This document shows, one piece after another, positions 27,387 to 39,813 of a DNA stretch of 64,000 bases. The first letter of the stretch is position 1, and every line of letters starts with the position of its first letter. The stretch lies in the NCBI RefSeq assembly GCF_009914755.1, contig NC_060940.1, one strand, 5' to 3'. The notes under the pieces were generated by a model. The model was given only the letters and a program-made list of their open reading frames with translations, ran no database searches and had not been told where the DNA came from. This DNA comes from the human T2T-CHM13v2.0 reference genome, Homo sapiens. The position numbers were made by a program, and so were the translations under genes.

Positions 27387-27537
27387 CTTGCCCAGTGCGA
27401 TGGAGCAGGCGGCCAGGCCGATGAGGCCCCCTTTCCGGCTGTGGGGGTGCTGAGACAGGGCAAACTCCTGGGACAGGGTCTGGATCACATGCTTGATTTG
27501 CACGGTATTGTTCTGGGCCACGAACTCCCGGACCAGC
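27387..27537 (-). CDS. VAC14: VAC14 exon 2 ([50 protein letters not shown])
   Basis: Acceptor ctctctccag|G, donor AAG|GTGGGC; 151 nt, continues the exon 1 frame (cumulative 255). Confidence 0.96.
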
Positions 27538-29865
27538 CTGGAGAGAGAGGAGAGAGGGGCTGTGGGAATCAGGCTACCTCTGCTGTGGCCTCCAGGGCCT
27601 GGGGCGGCAATGAGGAAGGGAGATGACCTGTTTGGAAAGAGGAAATGGGAGACAGGCGTCTCAGGGCAGGTCTCAGTTCTGTTGCTGGCTGAGTCATCGT
27701 TGTTTCCCTATTCTGGGTCTCAGTTTCCCTTTGTGTACAATGGAATAAGGAACAGTGGTGCTATCTCACTTCTGGGAATCTGAGAGAATGCAAATCAATG
27801 TGTCACTGGGGACCAAAAAAGTGCAATGCATTATCAGTTGATCAACTGTCTTTATTCAACACTTACTCAGCTTTCCATTCGTGCATCTCAGAAATTCTCC
27901 GCGTCTGAGCGACTATTTCCAGGGACGTTGCTGGGACACATAGCTGAATCAGGCCCCAGTGTAATGGGTAAGAGCCACATGCCAACAAATAATTGTAGCA
28001 AAGTGGCACCAGTGATATCACAGAAGCAAGAAAAGGCAATGGGCTCAGTCTCCTCGGGCCGTCCAGGAGGGCTACAGGGAGGTGCCGGCTGAGTCAGATC
28101 TTAAAAACAGTAACAGGCACTTTCCAGGTAAAGAAAGGAAGGCAGAGCACCTCGGGCATAGGGAAGAGCCTGGCCAAGGCCACGCAAGCTGACATGGCAT
28201 ATCTGGGACAGGATGAGGGCTCCAGCGTGTGGAAGGAGTGGCTAGAGACAGGTAAAGAAAAGATGAGCCGGTGAAAGTTTTCCAGCAAGGGATGACACGC
28301 TCAGCCCCATGTTCCAACTGGACATCTCTGGTGGTGGCTTGGAGAAGCTGGGCTGGGGCAGGCATGGGTTTGACGGGAGACTGATGCCGGGGACGTTCAG
28401 GAGAACACTGTAGCTATGGGGTAAGGTGGTCCTGAAATGTGACTGAGGCAGTGGGAAAGTGCAGCAGGGACTGTTTCTAGAATTAAATGGAAAAGCACTA
28501 ATAGCTGATATAAGAGGAGAGAGGAGGGTAGGGTAGACAGTGCCCCCAGGTGTCTCCCTGGACAGTGATGCTGACAGGGAGAGGAGCAGGTCGGAGGGAG
28601 GCTGCCCTCATGGGAGGGAGGGGCTGCTGGTCACCCAGGGAGGATGACTCCCAAGGCAGGCCCTGCCCTGAGTGGAGGAGCTGAGGGAGGCCTGGCTCCA
28701 CAACAGACTAGTCTGTTTTCAGAGCCCCATGGACACAAAGGCCAGGCCTCTGCCCTCCCAAATCTCACATGGCATGTGGTGGCAGGAGTGCCCCAGATCA
28801 CTGATGGAGGAGAGGCAGCTGGGGTGGTCAGGGGAGTTTTCCTGGAAGTGGGATGGAGCCGGATCTTCAAGGAGGCAGAAGGGAAAGAAACGGGCCTTCC
28901 TGGCAAAAGGAACCCTGGTAGCAGAGGTGAGGATGCGGAAGTAGCCAACCTTGTCTGGGGCCCCAGAGAACAGTACAGCAGCGGGATGGGCTGCTGGTGG
29001 TAACTGGGGAATCTCCAGTTAGAAGAATAGATTTCATGTACCAGGGAGCTGGGCATATGAAAGACTGTCTTAAGGAGCCTGGAGATGCTTGTGAAATGAG
29101 GACAGGAAGCGTGAGGGATGACACTGGTGGAGCCACTGAAGGTGGAAAAAGGGCAGTCTAGAGACCTCAGACTTTAAAAAGTAACTGCAGGCACTCTCTC
29201 TCCTTGCTTTGCATCAAATCATGGCAGGTATCTTGCTCACCTGTTCCACAAATGGGGTCTCAAGTTGACTTGAAGAATTTTAAGAACAGTCATGTCCAAA
29301 AGGTGTCCATTAGTCTGTGTGGTTCCAGCTCAGGAGCTTTCTAATAGTTAGAGCTGGGACTTTCTAGTAATTAAAACCAACGGTGCTGTCCTGTGAGACA
29401 GTGAGCACTCCGGCAAAAAGGCTGTTCAAAGAGGGACCGGGCAGTGGTTCGGTAAAGATTTAATACAGCCAATCATATGGAGCACCTATCATGCGCCAGG
29501 CACTGTTCACGCAAGAGGTGACAAAATAGGTCTCGCTCTGGGCTGGTGGACGTTGGAGAGGAGATGGATGCTTCAGGAAGGAGCTGTACAAGTGGCCTGT
29601 GAGTTGCCCCTTGCTTTCGTCTTTATGGGACTGGGACTGTGGATGAACCCAGGGCCTCTGGATAGAATGTGAACTCCAGTTCATAGGCCTCAACTCTCAA
29701 AACAGCGTACTAAGGCCTGGCAAGGATGGTTCTACATCAACTTGTTTGGTCTCCCAAACTGGACAAACCAGCCAGGTGAGACCCAATCATCTGGCAGAGT
29801 GCCTAAGTATTGACAGACACAGCCCCTTGCCAAAAGCCCTGCAGATGCTCTACCAAACAGCTGGA

Positions 29866-29936
29866 GCATTGGTGGTTCAGTGGTAGAATTCTCGCCTGCC
29901 ATGCGGGCGGCCGGGCTTCGATTCCTGGCCAATGCA
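29866..29936 (+). tRNA. TRG-GCC5-1: tRNA-Gly(GCC), degenerate copy (disrupted T-stem and B box; likely weak or pseudo), in VAC14 intron 1
   Basis: 5' half canonical; 3' half GCCATGCGGGCGGCCGGGCTTCGATTCCTGG has five substitutions including G53C; T5 at 29949-29953; symbol from memory. Confidence 0.9.
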
Positions 29937-30230
29937 ATGAAGTGTTGCTTTTTCTGCCTTTTGCTGGCCAGTTTTCCTCACAGAGAGATCCTGCTAGAGG
30001 AGCCAGTCAGTCCCTCCAACTACACCAGACCTGCAGCAGCCAAGGGTGCCCACAAATCTGGAACCACACTTCCCTGCTAAGTGCACACATGAGAGCTGCT
30101 GGGTTCTCCAGAGAAACACTCACTATGGCTGTGGAGCCATGAACTTGATGCCTTCACCTTAAGGGGACTCCTGTTGTGCTGTCCTCAGCCTTGGCCAGTC
30201 TTCCGCAGGAAGCTGGCATGAAACCTGAGA

Positions 30231-30393
30231 ACAGTAACACAGTTTAACACAAGACTAAACGCAGAATGTGGTGGGAGGACTCAAACAGTAACAGTTTAAC
30301 ACAAGACTAAACGCAGAATGCGGTGGGAGGACTCAAACAGTAACACAGTTTAACACAAGACTAAACACAGAAGGCGGTGGGAGGACTCAAACA
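30231..30393 (+). repeat. Minisatellite, 3 copies of 54/52/54 nt (ACAGTAACACAGTTTAACACAAGACTAAACGCAGAATGTGGTGGGAGGACTCAA)
   Basis: Units start at 30231, 30285 and 30337. Confidence 0.95.
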
Positions 30394-30678
30394 TCAGAGG
30401 GGGAAAAAGCCCCCCAAAGTTTTAATATACTTTTGCTACCAAGAAAGACTCAAGCTCTAGTTTCTGTCACAAGGTCTGAAGGCAAATCAACTGGACACGC
30501 ACACCCTCCTGCTTCCTGCCTTCTCCCTCCTGCTCTGCAGCCTGAGTGTTCCATTCTTGCAACTGTGCTGATGTGGCAGCATCAGAGACTGGCTTCATAT
30601 TCTGTTAATCAACTTATATGCAAGGAGGCCCAAGAATGGGGTTAAAGGGAGGTGCGCACACAGCTGCTCACATCTGGG

Positions 30679-30749
30679 GCATTGGTGGTTCAGTGGTAGA
30701 ATTCTCGCCTGCCACGCGGGAGGCCCGGGTTCGATTCCCGGCCAATGCA
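30679..30749 (+). tRNA. TRG-GCC2-5: tRNA-Gly(GCC), canonical copy, antisense within VAC14 intron 1
   Basis: Identical to the 20211-20281 copy in reverse orientation; symbol from memory. Confidence 0.96.
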
Positions 30750-32527
30750 GCAGCAGACCTTTAGTTTAATCGTAAGAGACTGAATTTGAGATTTCACACT
30801 GCCTAAAGAATTTATAAATCCACTCTGAGAACTGAGAATGACTTGTTTCTAGTTGGATTTCAAATGCCTTTGATGAAAACACTTATTTTCCTAAATTCTG
30901 CAAAGATCTAGAACCTGGTCTCCTTGTTCTTGAAGAATCCAGGATGTGGGATGCACCTAGGCCCGCTAAAGCAGCTGTGCCTCCCCATGCCTGCCCAGGA
31001 AGCCAGGACATGTTTCCGCTTGGCACAAGTTACAGCGACACTAGGAGTGGGAGTGGGGACATCCTCGAGGCTTCAGCAAGGGGTCCAAAGGAAAGCCAAC
31101 CTGCACGGCAGCGAAGGCCACCCTGGAGCCACCTCCTCTCCTGTCTCCTTGTTTCAGGTCACAAACATTCCCCGAGCAACTGGACAGGAGACTCCTCCTG
31201 TGCGATGACCAGTGGATGAGAGCTATTCCCTGCCCCCAAGGAGCTCTCTGCCAGCGTGGGAAGAGGAGGAAAGAAGAGAGGGCTTAAGGAATACTGTGCA
31301 AACAGAAAAAACACTTGGTAAGAAGGGCATGAGGTGACTCGGGGCAGGCCAGAAAGAGAACGACCCGTGTCTGCCAGGCAGGGATGTACTAGGGCTCTAT
31401 AAGGGTCAGCATTGTAGACGGGTTTTGAAGGATGAGTAGGTGTTCGTTCTGGAGCTGGTTAGGATGAGGCTGAACAAAGGCTCAGAGGAAGGAGGAGCAG
31501 GCATTTGGTTTGGCAGAAAGAAAAGCCACAGGTGGAGGGGAAGTAGGTGACAGGGTTGGAAAAGCTGCTCCCAGTCATGCAGCAAGGGACCCTGGACACT
31601 TGGCAAAGGCACTGGCATTTAGCCCCGGTGGATGTGAGGAGCTGCAGAAGACCATGAGCTCGCACGTGATGTGAACTTTAGGAAGGGCAGTCTGCCCCAG
31701 TGGGTGGTATGGGTTTGAATGGCACTTAGGAAGCTTTGAAGAGTACGAGGAAAGTGGCTCTGATGTCGGAGTGACAGCCTGCAAAAGTAACAGGGCCTCC
31801 TGAGGGAGGCAAGGGGGATTTCTGTGCTGGGCGTTCCCTCCCCACCCCCTCACCTTTGCAAAGAGCAAATGTCTTCTTGCTTGGCACCAGCCGGAAGGCC
31901 TCCCCCACCAGAGTCCTACTAGGACTCAATTCAGAGCACCCCAGGCCACTACAAAAATGACAGCCCATTCAGGCCCTGTGGCCCCAGGAACTCCAAGTTT
32001 CTACTGTTTCCGCCCCTGCACTTAAGGGTAGAATATTCTTCATCTCCAGGAAAACAGGCGTCAGGCAGACAAACAATGGCTGGAGGGAAAACCATGGAAC
32101 ACGTCCTTACCAATATGTCAGTCTGGAGAGCACCGGGCCTGGGGTCAACCCCTGGGCCACCGGCAGGAAGAATCTGTTCCACGAATCAAGCCTACCCTAC
32201 TTATCTGACACTTGGGGCAAGCAAAACAGGGCCAGGCCGACCTCTGACCTCGGCAGCCTTCCTGCTGGGCTCCCAGCACAGGCTTCTACTCCAGCCAGGC
32301 CTGCCTTCTTACTGCGCCCTGCCTGGCCCATGCTGCACCTCCCATCTGCCCACTCTCTAGAAAAGCTCCTGGTCCCTTAAACATTCTACCCAGCCCTCAA
32401 AGTTCAGCTCAAATCCAACCCCCTGCCTTTCCTGATGATCCCACGAAGTGAGCGCAGAAGGACTCAGGACCCCTCATTCTGTGCCCAGCAACATGTTGTC
32501 GAATGTCAGCAGGTAAATTCCTTCTAA

Positions 32528-32856
<329 letters not shown>

Positions 32857-35800
32857 CCTCCACAACTTCTTGATAAAGTCCTTGAGGACTGGCACCATGT
32901 GTCTGCATCTCTAGCACTAGGCCTCTCTCCGAGTTCAGAACTTTGAGTGCAGTAGGTGGGGAAACACTTGTCAAGACGGGCAGGGGTGACAGGCAGCTTG
33001 AGCTGTGGGGAAAACCTGGGCAAGACCCCACACTGCCATATTGGTGACATGGGAGTGCTTTGCAAACCCAAACCTAACCTGCTGGGTTAATCAATACTGC
33101 ATTTGGACGGTCCTCACCCTCTACTCTTATAGTCCAGGTTAGCAGGAGCAAAGGGCACCATTACTAGGACCCAAAAATGCACATCAAGAAGGGCTCAGGT
33201 CACCAGAGCTGTGGCTGCTGGCCGGGGAAAGGTGCACCGGCTTGGATGACGCCTGAAGGACAGGTGAAGGCGTCCTCTAACCCCTCGCTAGGTGCTCCAG
33301 AACTGCCCTAGTCAGCCAGCCTGTGGTGTGGTCTCTACTTCACAGGGCAAGTGCAGAGACAAAAAAAGAAACTACAAGGGGAAGCAGAGTAAGTGCAGTT
33401 GAAAACCTGGGCAGCCCCAGTTCCAGGTTTAGTGTCTCTTCAAAAGACCACACTATCCCTCCTTTCATCTACAGGTTGGGAGCCAGAGGTGGGGGATCTG
33501 AGGCTGAACTAGTTTTGAAGTTAGTATCTGGCCCAGAAACTCTCACGATCACAAATCCCTGGAGACCTTCACTAATGTGAAGGGCATGGACATCGCTGTC
33601 TTATACACCAGAGCAGGGATCCACTTCTGCCTGGTTTCCTCCAAAAAGTGCTAAAGAACCCTGGCTGGAGAGGTGTCCTCTAGAGGCTGCTCAGAGCCTG
33701 GGTTCTCAGCTGGCCAGTGGCATTGCAGGATGGCAGGAACACCCATTCCCCAGAAGATACAAGCCCCAAGGGGGGCCAACATCATGCTCTTGACGCCACC
33801 CTCAATGTCTCAAAGACTGCCACACTGACTACCTGACAGGAGAAGCAGCCATGGACACTGCAAGACACATCTGGACTTTCATGAGCCAAGGGAGAGCCTG
33901 GGGCCATCCAGCACAGCCACAGGACCCCTTAGCTTAACTCTGTACCACAGCACAGTGACAGTCGCAAGAGACTGTCACAGGTCACATGAGGACTATTGAG
34001 TTGACCACTTCCTAAGCACTCACACTCTGCTGAGTATTCCAGGGGTCAGTTATTCCCGACGATACCTCCTGCTGTAGCTATTATTATTTCACTCCCATCT
34101 TCCAGATCTGAAACAGTAAATCAAGCCCCTTTCCTACGGTCACCAAAGGTCTGAACCCTTGACATCTACCAAGTCCATATCCCTTCAACTATGTCACAGT
34201 CCCTCCCTCCCATCTCCCTAAGCCACTTCAGCTGCAAACCAATTGCACCCAATTACAGATGGCAATTCCCTTGTGCAGAACTAAGGCCCCCAAGTGAAAC
34301 GTAGCTTTCTCTATACACTTTCACACAGTGCTCGGTCATCGCCAAGGCACTCCTTCCATACACAGGGAGTACAGAGGAGGTGCCTACTTGAGATGTTTTG
34401 AAATGAGGCTCTAGCGCTGGTCTTCTGTGAACGCAGGACACAGTGAGTAACCATCAGCTGAGTACTTACTATTTGCCAGGCAACGTGCTGCATGTTTACA
34501 TACAGGGTCTAATTGAAACCTTAAAACAAGCCACTGAGTTAAGTACCATTACACCCATTTTACAGTTTGTGGAAACTGAGGCTCAGAGAAGTTAAGAAAT
34601 ATACACAAAGTCATGCAAGTTGTAGATGATGGATCTAAAAATCAAATCTAGGCTTTTCTAACCCCAAGATCTAAAATCTTATCCACTATATTAGACTAGC
34701 CCCTCCCCAAATAGCACAGCTACCACCAGCTGGGTGCCCACTGTGTGCCAGGCACATGATTTCATTTAACTCCAATCCCATGTCATTTGGTGATGGCCCT
34801 ATGTCCCAACCTCTGTCCTAGGTGGCAGAGGTTTTAGCCACTGAACTCAGGTTCCCATGTGTTCAGAGGGAACATCCTCAGCTGTAGGTGGGTTAATCAT
34901 GACAATGACTTTACAGGGCTTTTAGAGAATTAAATTAGGTAACTGCATTCTGTGCTCTGTACTGCACATGCTCAAATAACAGTATTAGTGCAAAGTCAGA
35001 ATCAGAGACAAGCTGTGATCTTATACATAGCACACGAGGTTGTGCTCATTCCATAAATGTTGGCTGGGCACCCACCAACCAACCTAGGTTGGACCTAGGA
35101 ATGAACTGATTAGAAATGAGCAGATATGACGTAGGAATGAGCATGTACTGAGCATACAGTGGATCCAACCAGTGGAAAAAACTACAAAGGAGAAGCAAGA
35201 GTCAGTGACAGCAGGAGGCTTGTTTTGATCTCGGGTGACAGTAGTTGTGACTACTGAATAAGTGCTTCCCTCAGACTGTAACAAAACAGCACTAATTTAA
35301 ATATTGGGACACAATTCACATACCATAAATTCACTCTTTTAGAGTGTAGGTGTCAGCAGCCTTTTGTATATTCACGAAGCTGTGCAACCATCACCACCGT
35401 CAATTGTAGAACATTTTTTTACCATCCCCAAAAGAAACCCTGCACCCACTGGCAGTCACTCCCCATTCCCCCGCGCCCTAGGCAAGCCCGAGTCTACTTT
35501 CTGTTTCTATAGATTTGCCTATTTTGGCCATTTTATACAAATAGAATCACACAATATGTGGCCTTTTATGGTTGGCTTCTTTCACTTAGCATAATTTTTT
35601 CAAGGGGCTTTTTTTTAAAATAAGAAAACTGAGGCACAAAGAGGTTAAATCAGAGATCATAAACTCAAATGCCCACACGGGCCAGGCAGGAGATATGGGG
35701 GAAGCCAGGAGGTAAAACAGGCTCTGGTTAATCTGCCAACAGGTGGCAAAGCTCCCGACGATTTGCTTTGCAGGAATGCGGGCCCCCAAAGCCACATCTC

Positions 35801-36037
35801 CCAAGTCCGTAAGATAATCCAGAAACCTGAATTTCACTGTGAAATTTCTCAATTTAAAATACTTTGTGATCCAGGCCAAACCAAACAGGTCTGCGTGTAG
35901 GTCACAGCCCCCAGGGGCCAGCCTGTGACCCCGGAATTAAACAATTTAAACAGGGTCCCACTGCTGATAAACAGCCAAGCTGGGTGGAATTCTGACCTGC
36001 ACTCCAAAAATTACCTTGAGCCACTGGGTAATAAATA

Positions 36038-36719
36038 CAGTTATGTGCCACATAAGGACATTTTGGTCAACAACAGACTGCATATTCCACAGTGGACCCG
36101 TAAGATGATAATGTTATATTTTTACTATACTATTTCTATGTTCAGATATATTGGGGTACACACATACCACTGTGTTACAACTGCCTAACTATTCAGCAGT
36201 CACATGCTGTGCAGGTTTGTAGACTAGGGACAATAGGCTCTACCATATAGCCTAGTGTGTGGCAGACTGCACCATCTAGGTTTGTGTGAGTAACTCTATG
36301 TTGTTCACACAATGATGAAACTGCCCAACAACACACTTCTCAGAATGCATCCCCTGAGCCGGGCGCAGTGGCTCATGCCTGTAATCCCAGCACTTTGGGA
36401 GGCTGAGGCGGGTGGATCACGAGGTCAGGAGATCGGGACCATCCTGCCTAACATGGTGAAACCCGATCTCTACTAAAAATTAAAACAACAACAACAACAA
36501 AAAACAACCAAAAAAATTAGCCGGGCGTTGTGGTGGGCGCCTGTAGTCCCAGCTACTAGGGAGGCTGAGGCAGGAGAATGGCGTGAACCTGAGAGGCAGA
36601 GTTTGCAGTGAGCCATGAGATCACACCACTGGACTCCAGCCTGGGCGACAGAGCGAGACTCTGTCTAAAAAAAAAAAAAAAAAAAAAAGAATGCATCCCT
36701 CTGAAGCGATACATGACTC
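36038..36719 (+). mobile_element. Tigger3/MER7-like DNA transposon interrupted by an AluY-like element (36357-36689)
   Basis: TA|cagttatgtgcc... start and ...acatgact end; nested Alu flanked by AGAATGCATCCC duplication. Confidence 0.82.
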
Positions 36720-37945
36720 TGGCACCTTCCCCACAGAGGTGGTAGGCTCCGAAGAACCAGGTCAACCTTCACCTGTTCAACTTTCACCTGTTCACAGAGC
36801 TCCAGGGACTCGCCTCCCCCACAGCCAGCAGGCAGGGAGGCGTGATTCAGGAGCTCTGCTCCCAGCAGCCCTCCCTGGGGCTTTGGGCTCTCAGGGGGCA
36901 TGGCCTGGGCCACCTAGCAGGAGAGTTACATTTGCTGGCTTTGAACTCAAAGTTCAAAAACAAGATCAGGTGCGTTCAGGGAGGTAGAACCACAGATGGA
37001 ACTCAAAGCTCAGGACCACTAGAGACTTGACCATGAGTGGCGCTGTCTCTCCCAGCCAGCAGTGAGACAGTGGGGGCCCTGCCTCCATGATGCCTGGCAG
37101 AGCGAGCACCCACCACACTGATCAGAGTGCCTGCTAGCATTTCTCCCCCACATTAGACTCTTCTGGGAAGACAGCCTGGCATCTTCCCACCCTTTTCATT
37201 ACGACTGATCAATGACTATATTAAAATTGAAAACCCACAAAACCGGCAACAGCCATGATAAAAATCCTAACCTGACTGCCTTATCCTATAGGAAATTGTG
37301 TGGTCCTGTGGGAATAAGGTTGTAGGGGCAAAAGTTCTCCAGAACTTTGTACAACTGGATCCCAACACTTAGACAGTTAGTGTGGTCACTTAACACCACA
37401 CTGGTGGTCTTAAGATTCTGGATCTGGGGGTCCTTCAGTTGAGGCAAGCATCCATCTCTGCATTTTTAGTGTCTGAGAGGCCTGTCATCATGATACAATC
37501 CCCTCTTATTAGTGGTTTTAATGCCTCACTGGAACACCATAGGCAGGACTGGCTCTGTCACCTGAGCTCTGTAGAACTGAAAGTGGCAGCTAAAACCACT
37601 GTGGAGAATTTCAAGTATCAAATTCCTTTTATTATAAGTATGTCCCCTTTCTGGTAGGGAAAACCAGTCATGCAGTGGGGACGTCTTCTGAGACACATGA
37701 ACCTGAGTTTTCTTGCTAGGTTCTAGCTGTGAAACCATGGGAAGATTACTTAACCTCAAGGAGCCTGTTTCCTCATCTGTGAAACAGGGTAACACCACCA
37801 CGCCCATAGGGCAGCGATGCAAAATAAATGAGATGAGGGGTATACCATGGCCAAACCAAAGGAAGCTTTTCTATATCCTCCCAACCATCCAAAATGGGGC
37901 AGACAGCACTTTATATACGTGCACTCCCAGGCTTCACTATGATCA

Positions 37946-39209
37946 CTGTGATGGACTGAACAGTCCCCCAACCCCCAGATTCATATATTGAAGTTCTGAT
38001 CCACAGTGTGACTGGATTTGGAGAGAGGGCCTATAAGGAAGTAATTAAGGTTAAAAGAGGTCCTAAGGGTGGGGCCCTTGATTCCATAGGATCAGTGTCC
38101 TCATAAAAGGAGACACCAGGCTGGGGCAGTGGCTCTTGCCTGTAATCCCAGCACTTTGGGAGGCTGCAGTGGGAGGATTGTTTCAGCCTAGGAGTTCAAG
38201 ACCAGCCTGGGCAACATAGTGAGACCCCCATCTCTATAAAATAAATTAAAAAATTAAAAAAATTCAAGAACAACGCATTTGTTACTATGGGTCTTACTGA
38301 GCTAAAATCAAGATGTTGGCAGGCTATGTTATTTTGTGATGCTCTAGGGGAAAATCCATTTTCTTGCCAGCTTCTAGAGGCTGCCAGCATTCCTTGGCTG
38401 GTGGTTCCCTTCCATCTTCAAAGCCAGTGATGATCCGGGTAAGTTTTCTTACATCACATCACTCTGACACTGACTCTTCTGGTTAGGGTTACATTGGGCC
38501 CACCTCGATAATACAGGATAATCTCTCTATTTTTAAGGTTAGTGATTAGCAACCTTAATTCCCCCTTGCTGTGTAACATAACATATTCACAGGCTCCAGG
38601 GATTAGCATGGGGCAAATATAGGAGGCTATCATTCTCCCTACCAAAAAGTGGTAACAGCAGTACTGACAGATGACAACTATGTGATATACGTATGTTAGA
38701 AATAATTAGGGCAATTACATAACAATTCTCTCTCTATGTATACAGTTTGTAACAATTACAATGTGCCCACTACTACACTAAATACTTGATATGGTTTGGA
38801 TCTGTGTCCCCACCAAATCTCTTGTTCAACTGTAGTTCCCAGTGTTGGAGATGGGGCCTGGTGGAGGTGGCTGGATCATGGGGGTGGATTTCTCCCATGA
38901 TGATGAATGGCCTAGCACCATCTTCTTGGTGCTGTTCTTGTGATAGTGAGTTCTCAAGAGATCTGGTTGTTTGAAAGTGTGCAGCACCTCCCTGCTCACT
39001 CTCTTTTGCTCCTGCTCCCGCCATGTGGGACGCCTTGCTCCCTCTTTGCCCTCCATCATGATTGGAAGCATCCTGAGGCCCCGCCAGAAGCAGAAGCCGC
39101 TATGCTTTCTGTACAGCTTGCAGAACCGTGAGCCAAATAAATCTCTTTTCTTTATAAATTACCCAGTCTCAGGTATTTGTTTATAGCAGAGCAAGAACAG
39201 ACTAACACA
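37946..39209. mobile_element. MaLR cluster: MLT1-like pieces (37946-38118, 38280-38645), Alu monomer (38119-38265), MST-like LTR (38787-39209)
   Basis: MaLR hallmark motifs (tgatatggtttgg...; ataaattacccagtctcagg...gactaacaca). Confidence 0.78.
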
Positions 39210-39813
39210 GCACTTTACAACATTAGCTCAAACAACTCTATGCATATTATTATTATGCTCTTTTTACAGATGAAGAAATTGAGGCACAGAGGTTAATTAG
39301 CTTGCTCAGGGTCACCTAGCCAGTAAATGGGAGCTTGAACCCCAGTTCCAGAGCCTGCTCTTAAACACCATGCCACGCAGCCTCTCAGGAAATAGGGTAT
39401 CTTAAAGGGGCAACTTACCTAAGAACAGGACTAAGCACTTTCATTTAGGGAGCACATGAACTGACTCATTTACACTACATAGATAACTGCCAATATTCGG
39501 ACTCTTCTTTTGTTGGGCATCTGCAGTCTGATTAATGAGAGATTAATTAATAGTCTGTGTTTGCTGAGGGTCACTTTGACCAGGCCAAATGAAGAATATA
39601 TTAAAACATACAATATCCTATGTGTACCTGACACATAGAAAGTGCTCAGACAAGCAAAATGCTGGTGCTGGTGAAGCACAGATAAGTAAGTCAGTATCTA
39701 TCTCTAAGCAATTTGTGAAGCATATGTTCTGAGGAAGGCATTGAACTAACCAGCCATTCTTCATTCTAAGCATGACTGGAGAAGGTTGGAAACAGATGAG
39801 AGGGTCTTTGAGG

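Noticed and set aside
30231-30393. CRISPR-like array
   Set aside because: Head-to-tail identical units with no unique spacers; eukaryotic minisatellite
19383-30749. The two tRNA pairs as one recent inverted segmental duplication
   Set aside because: Spacers show no visible homology, the intact/degenerate order is not mirrored, and each spacer has its own insertion, so the similar spacing may be coincidental
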